From Cellvibrionales bacterium UBA5860 (GTDB lineage: Bacteria > Pseudomonadota > Gammaproteobacteria > Pseudomonadales > Porticoccaceae), in NCBI GenBank assembly GCA_002431545.1, contig DJFY01000086.1, forward strand, positions 2,848 through 26,847: a stretch of DNA of 24,000 nt. Reading direction: 5' to 3'. The notes under the pieces were generated by a model that worked only from the letters and a program-made list of their open reading frames with translations, did not search any database and was not told the origin of the DNA. This document shows positions 6,677 to 13,616 of this stretch, piece by piece (position 1 is the first letter of the stretch; every line of letters begins with the position of its first letter). The position numbers and the translations under genes were made by a program.

Positions 6677-7486
6677 TCAGATAACCTGACGCTCCTCCGT
6701 AGATGCCGTACTTTCTGTCGCGGTGGTCTGAGCAATCAGGCGGCCCATGTTAGTAAAGATTTGCACACCCAGGGGCACCAGGAAAAACAGCGACCAGCCC
6801 AGGAAAACAAAACCCCAGTGCACGGGCGCGGCGAACAACTCTTCAGCATAGAAGAAAGTATGCCCCCACTCGTTGAAGCCGTAGTTGGGCATGATCATAA
6901 AGATACCGAGCACTACGCACAGGAAGGGGATCGATATTTTATTCATAAAAGCCGGAATTCTGGTATGAGCCCAAATGAAGGTTGGAATGAGAAACGCGGT
7001 AAGCGCGGGTAAAGCAAAGTAGAAGATAAAGATATGTGTTGGCGTGAAGTCCGTATCGCGGATCGTGACCTGATGCCAGGCAGCATCCGACTCGACCGCA
7101 TTGGTGGCAATTGCAGCCACCCAAATCCCAATTACCGTAAGAAAGCTCAGCAATTTCCAGTAACGGGAAAGCTCCAACTCAGGGGAGATTGCGCTAGCAT
7201 CCCGCTCCCGCGTCAGCCATACGTATACCGAGGTACAGACGGTAAACAATCCGAGAAAGAGCACTTCCCCGTAGAGCACGGGCATCCAGTACTTCTGAAA
7301 CTCTGGAGAGTAGAAGTCAGTGCCAACGGAGAAAGCCATAGTATTGAGGTATATGCGGTATGCGAGACCGATACCCAACAGTATTGAAGCTAAAATATAG
7401 ACAATTCGATTGCGCCTGAAATGGCCAGCCAGCTTGCTTTCCGCCCCGGAATCCAGCGCGACTGTTGCAGTATTAGTTTGTGCCAT
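6677..7486 (-). CDS. pmoC: Copper membrane monooxygenase subunit C (PmoC/AmoC family).
   Basis: 269 aa. Motifs are FYSPEFQKYW, ES-D134-AAW-H138-QVTIRDTDFTPT-H151 (D-x3-H-x12-H) and F-N205-EWG-H209-TFFYAEELFAAPV-H223-WGF (N-x3-H-x13-H). The spacings match the CuC (D156/H160/H173) and CuD (N227/H231/H245) ligand sets of Methylococcus capsulatus Bath PmoC as I recall them. Both sets show the same 22-residue offset. SD AGGGG precedes the ATG. Confidence 0.93.
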   Translation of the reverse strand: MAQTNTATVALDSGAESKLAGHFRRNRIVYILASILLGIGLAYRIYLNTMAFSVGTDFYSPEFQKYWMPVLYGEVLFLGLFTVCTSVYVWLTRERDASAISPELELSRYWKLLSFLTVIGIWVAAIATNAVESDAAWHQVTIRDTDFTPTHIFIFYFALPALTAFLIPTFIWAHTRIPAFMNKISIPFLCVVLGIFMIMPNYGFNEWGHTFFYAEELFAAPVHWGFVFLGWSLFFLVPLGVQIFTNMGRLIAQTTATESTASTEERQVI

Positions 7487-7579
7487 GATTGGATACCCCT
7501 GTTTTAACTTCGACGCTTATTTAATATTCGTCTGTTCGAATATGCCTTTTTCAGGACAGGCCGGTTTTGTTCTTCTCTA

Positions 7580-7617
7580 CTAGCCTTACAAAGCAATTCT
7601 AGCCTTGTAGAGCAATC
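7580..7617. repeat. Tandem direct repeat, 2 x 19 nt, 94-131 nt upstream of xmoC.
   Basis: CTAGCCTTACAAAGCAATT (7580-7598) is followed immediately by CTAGCCTTGTAGAGCAATC (7599-7617). Identity is 15/19. Confidence 0.8.
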
Positions 7618-7802
7618 GTCAAACCGGAGAGCCTGTTTGATGGCAACGAATATACGTGGCGCCCGTCACACTGCGTAGTGCCAATCTTGACAACAGTGTT
7701 GCAGAAAGTGACACAAAGCTCGAGGCAAGAACATGCCAATCATTCGTACTAGATATATCGCTACGACGTCTTGCCACCCTTCATAACCATGAAGCATATT
7801 GC

Positions 7803-7846
7803 CGAGTGCGTTTCTTATATTTATCGAGCGTGTTTCTTATATTAAT
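7803..7846. repeat. Tandem direct repeat, 2 x 22 nt, in the xmoC upstream region.
   Basis: CGAGTGCGTTTCTTATATTTAT (7803-7824) and CGAGCGTGTTTCTTATATTAAT (7825-7846) are 19/22 identical. They share a perfect 12-mer, GTTTCTTATATT, at 7810-7821 and 7832-7843. Confidence 0.8.
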
Positions 7847-7866
7847 TTATAGCCTTTCTGTGACAA
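7839..7866 (-). promoter_or_regulatory. Candidate sigma70-type promoter for the CuMMO operon, implying a 5' leader of roughly 340 nt.
   Basis: On the minus strand, TTGTCA (7866-7861) is followed by 16 nt and then TAATAT (7844-7839). Alternatively it is followed by 19 nt and then TATAAG. The -10-like elements lie inside the 22-nt repeat units. This is a by-eye match only, with no TSS data. Confidence 0.3.
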
Positions 7867-7915
7867 TTCGCCTTGTATCATACGGCTTGCCCTTCATGCC
7901 GCTCCCTGCTTGCCG

Positions 7916-8791
7916 CTATGCCACTCCCAGCAAGGAAACGATTGCTGCCACATCACCGCGGGATTCATCCGATATGGACTCAATATCTGAACCACCCAGA
8001 TCCAACCGACGAAACGTGGGAGTCGTTTCGTAGTTGATTCCCTGTATACCATCAAGTATGTCCTGGCTTACCAGGGAAGTCAGGTAATTCGCAACCAGAA
8101 CAACGTCGGCGATATCGGCAAACTCCGGATCCTCGCGTTGCAGGGCCTCAACCTCATCGGCAAATAACCGAACCGACGTCGCCAGCCCCCAGTTTCGCAA
8201 AATAGACAACCGAGCTCGCCCGTGCCAGTCCAGCATAATCTGTCGCAAACCGTCAATGTCGTCGCACAGATCGGGGAATTGGTCTTCAGCGCGCACCATG
8301 AGGTAAATTTTACCTACGTCATACATCAAACCTGCCAGCATGGCATCGTCCGCATTCAGATGGCGATAACGTTTGGCAACGCAATAAGAATAAGCGGCAA
8401 CATAGATCGTATGCCGCCACAATGTCTGAAAATGAGACCTCAACTTGCCGGCGGCCCTTTCCAACAAGACCTGGCGCAGAGCAATCGACAACACGATGGA
8501 TCCGGCCATCTTGAAGCCCATGCGCGCGATCGCGGTAGGTAAATTACTGATTTGCGCACCGGGCACGGCGCCCATCGCGACGGAGTTGGCAACTTTTAAC
8601 AGGGTTGCAGCAACGATGGGGTCGGCACCCGCCACCGCAGCCACTTGATCAGCTGAAGCTTCGGGATCATCCAATACACTCTTGATTCGAAACGGGATGT
8701 CGGGAAAAGATGGCAATTCGATTTCGCCATCTGCCAGCTCCTGGCCCAACAACTGGAGGAACTCAAATCCACGTTCGCTGAGATCAGCCAC
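7916..8791 (-). CDS. HDOD domain-containing signalling protein.
   Basis: 291 aa. The N-terminal half is typical of HDOD domains: LPSFPDIPFRIKSVLDDPEASADQVAAVAGADPIVAATLLKVANSVAMG...IARMGFKM...LWRHTIYVAAYS...AGLMYDVGK. Confidence 0.85.
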   Translation of the reverse strand: MADLSERGFEFLQLLGQELADGEIELPSFPDIPFRIKSVLDDPEASADQVAAVAGADPIVAATLLKVANSVAMGAVPGAQISNLPTAIARMGFKMAGSIVLSIALRQVLLERAAGKLRSHFQTLWRHTIYVAAYSYCVAKRYRHLNADDAMLAGLMYDVGKIYLMVRAEDQFPDLCDDIDGLRQIMLDWHGRARLSILRNWGLATSVRLFADEVEALQREDPEFADIADVVLVANYLTSLVSQDILDGIQGINYETTPTFRRLDLGGSDIESISDESRGDVAAIVSLLGVA

Positions 8792-8960
8792 ATGAATCTC
8801 GCTTTATTCTTTCCTTTTCGGCTATCTTATACCTATTAAGAAACCACCCCAAGGCCTTTTCTCTACCTGGCGCAACAATACGCCTGAAGACGTGTGCCGC
8901 GATTGGCCACCTCGAACCCTTAAATCTAGCTATTACGCAACAGCGCGATGATGGGGTTTA

Positions 8961-9914
8961 TTAAGCCTGATGCAACCAGTTCTGCAAGTTTACCGCCGCA
9001 ATCTCGACCAGCCGCTGCCGCGCCTCGCGCGCACCCCAGGCACAATGGGGCGTAATAATCAGGTTGGGGACCGCGCCGTCCAGAAGGATGTGGTCGGCCG
9101 GCGGCGGCTCCTGATCGAGCACATCCAGACCGGCTCCGCCGATCACGCCTTCCTTGAGCGCCCGCGCCAACGCTTGCGAATCGACAATCTCGCCACGGGC
9201 ACAATTAATCAGCAAAGCGTCGTCGCGCATCAGCGCGAACTCAGGCGCAGAAATCAATCGGCGCGTATTGTCCTGCAACGGGCAGTGAATGGTCACAATG
9301 TCAGACATGCGCAGAAAGTCGGCAAATAATTCGCGCTCGACATCCTTGGCCTGCGGCTGCCACCCCGGCAACTGGGCGACTACGACACGCATGCCAAAAG
9401 CGCGGGCAACTGCGGCCACAGCCTGCCCCAGGGTACCGTAGCCAATTATTCCCATTGTCAGGCCATCCAGCTCTCTCACCGGAAAACCAAGCAGGCAGAA
9501 ATCCTCGCTTGCCGACCACCCGCCGTCGTTCACTGCTGCGGCGTAAGCCGGGAGTTTCGTAGTCAACGCCAAAATCAACGCGAAGACGTGCTGCACAATT
9601 GCGGGAGTGCCATAATTGACGATACGGGTGACGACAATTTCCCGGCGCTTTGCCTCAGCCATGTCGATCACGTTGGTACCGGTAGCGAGCACACCGATAT
9701 AACGCAAACCTGTCGCCGCAGCCATTTGCTCAGCCATCACAGGGGCCTTGTTGGTCAATACCAGATCAGCATCGCGTATACGCGCTACGATATCTTCCGG
9801 CTTGGAACGCCCGTGAACACACCACTCTACTTGCGGATTATCCAGCAGGGGAGACAGGTCCAGGTCTTCAGGGTACAGAGTATCCAGGTCGAGAATTACG
9901 CCGTTAAGCATCAA
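8961..9914 (-). CDS. D-isomer-specific 2-hydroxyacid dehydrogenase (glycerate/hydroxypyruvate reductase-like), NAD-binding.
   Basis: 317 aa. Rossmann motif GIIGYGTLGQAVA. Catalytic-triad context INCARG...GLDVLDQEP...ITPHCAWG. Confidence 0.88.
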   Translation of the reverse strand: MMLNGVILDLDTLYPEDLDLSPLLDNPQVEWCVHGRSKPEDIVARIRDADLVLTNKAPVMAEQMAAATGLRYIGVLATGTNVIDMAEAKRREIVVTRIVNYGTPAIVQHVFALILALTTKLPAYAAAVNDGGWSASEDFCLLGFPVRELDGLTMGIIGYGTLGQAVAAVARAFGMRVVVAQLPGWQPQAKDVERELFADFLRMSDIVTIHCPLQDNTRRLISAPEFALMRDDALLINCARGEIVDSQALARALKEGVIGGAGLDVLDQEPPPADHILLDGAVPNLIITPHCAWGAREARQRLVEIAAVNLQNWLHQA

Positions 9915-10027
9915 ACACGAGCTCCAAAGCGATCACTGATATCAAACGGCAATGCATCGCCATCGGCTTGTAGTATGATCAACTCAAGCACCAGTAAAAA
10001 GAAAAATCTACCACTTGGAGATCCGCG

Positions 10028-10312
10028 TTGACACCCGCCAAGCCCCGCGTCGAGGTTCACTACTGCCCTGCTTGCCACTGGTTGCCACGCTCCACCTGGA
10101 TGGCTCAGGAAATACTTTACACATTTGGCGAAGAACTCGGCGAGGTGGCACTCGTGCCGGCCAGCGAAAGTGGCAGATTTACCATTCTATTGGACGGAGA
10201 GATCATCTGGGATCGTCGACAGGAGGGTGGCTTCCCCGATGTCAAGACGCTCAAACGCAAGTTGCGCGATGCTATCGCACCCGATCGCGCGCTCGGGCAT
10301 CTGGACAAGTAA
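10028..10312 (+). CDS. Rdx-family (SelW/SelT/SelH-like) small thioredoxin-fold protein, Cys-containing form.
   Basis: 94 aa with a TTG start. Family signature VHYCPACHWLPRSTWMAQEIL...GRFTILLDGEIIWDRRQEGGFPDVKTLKRKLRDAI, with a CxxC redox motif. Confidence 0.8.
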   Translation: MTPAKPRVEVHYCPACHWLPRSTWMAQEILYTFGEELGEVALVPASESGRFTILLDGEIIWDRRQEGGFPDVKTLKRKLRDAIAPDRALGHLDK

Positions 10313-10400
10313 ACCGACGGCTCCGCTGGCATAATGCCGCCGCGTTTTGTAAAGCTAAATCCACAACAGACACTGACCACAAAAAACAATAAGGAATGAC

Positions 10401-12959
10401 ATGACTGATCGCCTGATCGCGGTTTATGACCGCATCATTCTCGAACAGCCAAAACTCGCCCTTGCCCTGGTTTTACTGCTTGCAGCCGTACTGGCTATAG
10501 GCTTACCTAATTTCAAGCTCGATGCCTCGGCGGACTCGCTGACCCTCGAACACGACACTGACCTCGACTATTTCCGGGAAATCAACCAACGCTACGGCAG
10601 TGGCGATTTTCTGGTGGTGATGTATACGCCGCACAACGGCGATCTATTCTCCGATCAGGCTTTGCAAACACTGGATGCACTCGGCAAAGACCTGAAAAAA
10701 ATCGATGGCGTCACGAGTGTCAATTCGCTGGTCACCGTACCGTTGTTATACAGCCCGAAAGTGTCCGTCGAATCCCTGCAGGAAGAACAACGCACCCTGC
10801 TGACACCCGGTGTCGACCGCGAGGCCGCCAAGCGCGAATTCCATACCAGCCCAGTCTACCGAAACCTGATTCTGAGCCCGGACGGTAATACTACCGCCGT
10901 TTTAGCCACCATCGCCCAGGACCAGCGCTACATCGACCTGGTACGCCGGCGCGACGCTCTGCGTCTCAAACGCGACCAGGAAGGATTGAACGACAGCGAA
11001 AAGGCCGAACTTGAGCAAGTCAGCCAGACATTCCTCGACTATCGCACCGAGCGCGCCGCTATCGATCGGGCGCGGGTAGAGGCGGTTCGCCAGCTGATGG
11101 GCCGTTACCGCGATCGCGCGGAGGTCTTTCTTGGCGGCCCCAGCATGATTACCGCCGACATGATCGACTTCGTGCGCGGCGATCTGCAGATTTTCGGCGC
11201 CGGCATTACGCTGTTCATTATCCTGACGCTAAGCCTGATATTTCGCCAGCTCCTCTGGGTTGTCTTACCCCTGGCAACCTGCGGCCTGACCATCACCATC
11301 ATGCTGGGCTGGTTGAGCTGGATCGACTGGCGGCTGACCGTGATCTCTTCCAATTTTGTAGCGCTTCTCCTGGTACTGACGATGGCGGTAACCATCCATT
11401 TAATCGTTCGCTACAGAGAACTACACACTGCGCACCCCGAAGCGGACCAGCATCAACTGGTTCGCGATACCGTATACCTAATGGCCAGACCCTGCATTTA
11501 TACGGTACTGACAACGATGGTGGCCTTCGCCTCGCTGGTAGTCAGCGATATTCGTCCCGTCATCGATTTCGGCTGGATGATGACTATTGGCCTACTGGTC
11601 ACCCTGTGCCTTGTATTTGTCGTCATTCCCGCCGGTATGTTAATCGCCGGGAAAAGCGCCGGGAGTCAGACCAACCACACGACCCACTTGCCAGAATTTT
11701 TTTCCGATGTAACAGAGCGACGCGGCGGCCTGGTACTCATTCTCTCGGCGGTACTGGGCGGGCTGGCGATGTTTGGCATCGCCCGCCTGGAAGTCGACAA
11801 CCGGTTTATCGATTATTTCAAAACTGACACCGAGATCTATCAGGGGCTTTCCGTCATCGATCAGAAGCTCGGCGGTACGACACCCTTGGACATTGTCATT
11901 CAGGCTCCGGCCTTCGCACAGGATTTAGAAACAAGTGACAGCGAAGAGCCGGATCCATTTGCCGACGACCCACTTGAAGACGACCCTTTTGCAGAAGATC
12001 CATTTGCCGATAGTTTTGGCGACGATCCCTTTGCCGAACCCGACCCCAATAAAAAGATCAATAGCTACTGGTTTACCCGCGCCGGCCTTGAAGATCTGGA
12101 AAAAATTCAGCGTTTCCTGGACGATTTACCCGAAATCGGCCGGATAGACTCATTGGTCACCGCCTTTCATGTCGCTAACGATCTCACCGGGCGCCGGCTT
12201 AACGACTTCGAGCTGGCCTTCATGCGGCAAAGCCTATCGCCCGATCTAAACAACTTCCTGATCGCCCCATATCTCGACGACGAAAGTAACGAAACCCGCC
12301 TGACCATGCGGACAATCGAGACCGGTACCTCGCTCAATCGACAGGAACTACTAAACGAAATCGAAGGTTTTCTAATCGACGAAATGGGCATCGAGCCCGA
12401 GCGCTATCGGCTCAACGGTTTGCTCGTGCTTTACAACAATATGCTGCAAAGCCTATTTAGTTCGCAGATCATGACCCTGGGCGCGGTCTTCCTGGGCATC
12501 ATGCTGATGTTTTTGGTGTTGTTCCGCTCTCTGAGCCTGGCGCTCATCGCCATTGTGCCGAACTTGCTGGCTGCCTCCGTCGTGCTCGGCGTGATGGGTC
12601 TGGCCGGTATTCCCCTGGATATGATGACGATAACGATCGCATCGATCACGGTCGGCATCGGCGTCGACGATACCCTGCACTATATTTACCGTTTTCGCGA
12701 GGAATTCCCCCGGGATCGCAACTACATCGCCGCCATGCACCGCAGCCACGCGTCTATCGGCATTGCGATGTACTACACCTCTGTCGTTATCATCGTCGGT
12801 TTTGCCGTACTGATACTGTCGAACTTCATGCCCTCAGTCTATTTTGGTCTGCTGACCGGGCTAGCCATGCTGGTGGCCCTGGTGGCGGCACAGACCCTGC
12901 TGCCCAAATTACTGCTCATTTTCAAACCCCTCGGCACTGAAAACCAGCCCTCGATTTGA
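10401..12959 (+). CDS. RND-superfamily (MMPL/HpnN-like) exporter, 12-TM with two periplasmic loops. The second loop carries an acidic DPF-repeat insert.
   Basis: 852 aa. SD AAGGA precedes the ATG. There are two TM bundles (about residues 270-420 and 690-840) and large loops. The start of the second loop carries an acidic tract, SDSEEPDPFADDPLEDDPFAEDPFADSFGDDPFAEPDP. Confidence 0.9.
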   Translation: MTDRLIAVYDRIILEQPKLALALVLLLAAVLAIGLPNFKLDASADSLTLEHDTDLDYFREINQRYGSGDFLVVMYTPHNGDLFSDQALQTLDALGKDLKKIDGVTSVNSLVTVPLLYSPKVSVESLQEEQRTLLTPGVDREAAKREFHTSPVYRNLILSPDGNTTAVLATIAQDQRYIDLVRRRDALRLKRDQEGLNDSEKAELEQVSQTFLDYRTERAAIDRARVEAVRQLMGRYRDRAEVFLGGPSMITADMIDFVRGDLQIFGAGITLFIILTLSLIFRQLLWVVLPLATCGLTITIMLGWLSWIDWRLTVISSNFVALLLVLTMAVTIHLIVRYRELHTAHPEADQHQLVRDTVYLMARPCIYTVLTTMVAFASLVVSDIRPVIDFGWMMTIGLLVTLCLVFVVIPAGMLIAGKSAGSQTNHTTHLPEFFSDVTERRGGLVLILSAVLGGLAMFGIARLEVDNRFIDYFKTDTEIYQGLSVIDQKLGGTTPLDIVIQAPAFAQDLETSDSEEPDPFADDPLEDDPFAEDPFADSFGDDPFAEPDPNKKINSYWFTRAGLEDLEKIQRFLDDLPEIGRIDSLVTAFHVANDLTGRRLNDFELAFMRQSLSPDLNNFLIAPYLDDESNETRLTMRTIETGTSLNRQELLNEIEGFLIDEMGIEPERYRLNGLLVLYNNMLQSLFSSQIMTLGAVFLGIMLMFLVLFRSLSLALIAIVPNLLAASVVLGVMGLAGIPLDMMTITIASITVGIGVDDTLHYIYRFREEFPRDRNYIAAMHRSHASIGIAMYYTSVVIIVGFAVLILSNFMPSVYFGLLTGLAMLVALVAAQTLLPKLLLIFKPLGTENQPSI

Positions 12960-13155
12960 CAGCCCGCCAATCGCCATCTAGTTTTTATTTCAAACGGCAT
13001 TTGTTGCAGGCAGCAAGCGACGCAAAACATGGTGCTCTCTGAGACGGACGCCAGCAGCGCACCGCCGGGCGGAGCACCATTGACCGCAAAACCGAGGACC
13101 ATTCGCAGTAAAACAACCACTGACGCAGCACTGGACTGACAGGAGCACATACATC

Positions 13156-13362
13156 ATGGCGACCACAGACCTGGATGCCCGGATAAAAGAGCTCGGGCCC
13201 GAACAATCCCTGACCATTCCAAGGGACGAATTCCGCAGTATCTGTGACGAAGAAGACAAGGTCGTTTATCTGACGATCGCGCGGCGTATGGCAAAGGCCA
13301 ATAAACGCTGGGTCACAATCGAGGAAGATAACCTGATCTTTGGTCCGCCTCCTGAAAAATAA
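13156..13362 (+). CDS. Small hypothetical protein (68 aa).
   Basis: AGGAG lies 10 nt upstream of the ATG. The protein is hydrophilic and not low-complexity. A 10-bp hairpin lies about 48 nt downstream of the stop. I recognise no family. Confidence 0.5.
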   Translation: MATTDLDARIKELGPEQSLTIPRDEFRSICDEEDKVVYLTIARRMAKANKRWVTIEEDNLIFGPPPEK

Positions 13363-13409
13363 GCGATATTCTGGAATATAAAGCTACCCTACTCGGCTTC
13401 CAGCCAGCC

Positions 13410-13437
13410 TCTTTGGGCCTGTGTTAGGGCCCAAAGA
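13410..13437 (+). terminator. Stem-loop downstream of the 68-aa ORF. It may be a terminator but lacks a U-tract.
   Basis: TCTTTGGGCC-tgtgttag-GGCCCAAAGA is a 10-bp perfect stem. It is followed by ttccggg, which is not T-rich. Confidence 0.35.
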
Positions 13438-13616
13438 TTCCGGGCTCCACACCCTTTGCTGTAGAGTGATTGCCAGTGCCGGGACCTGGCACAAGCCCGG
13501 TCTCGACCCGCAACCCGGCCCGCCCGCAGCCAACCGTCTAGGTATCGTTACGGCTTTACCTTATAATCCAGCGCCTTTGTCATCCGTCATCACCTCACGC
13601 GCTGGTGTGTCTAGCT

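Noticed and set aside
7724-7738. A sigma54-like element on the minus strand upstream of xmoC: TGGCATGTTCTTGCC.
   Set aside because: The GG and GC dinucleotides are separated by 9 nt, not the invariant 10 nt of the TGGCAC-N5-TTGC consensus. No enhancer-binding protein gene is visible nearby. I treated it as a chance match.
7656-8033. A 125-aa + strand ORF spanning the xmoC upstream region and the 3' end of the HDOD gene.
   Set aside because: It overlaps the HDOD CDS in antisense. It runs through AT-rich repeat DNA, has no SD and resembles no family. It is most likely spurious.
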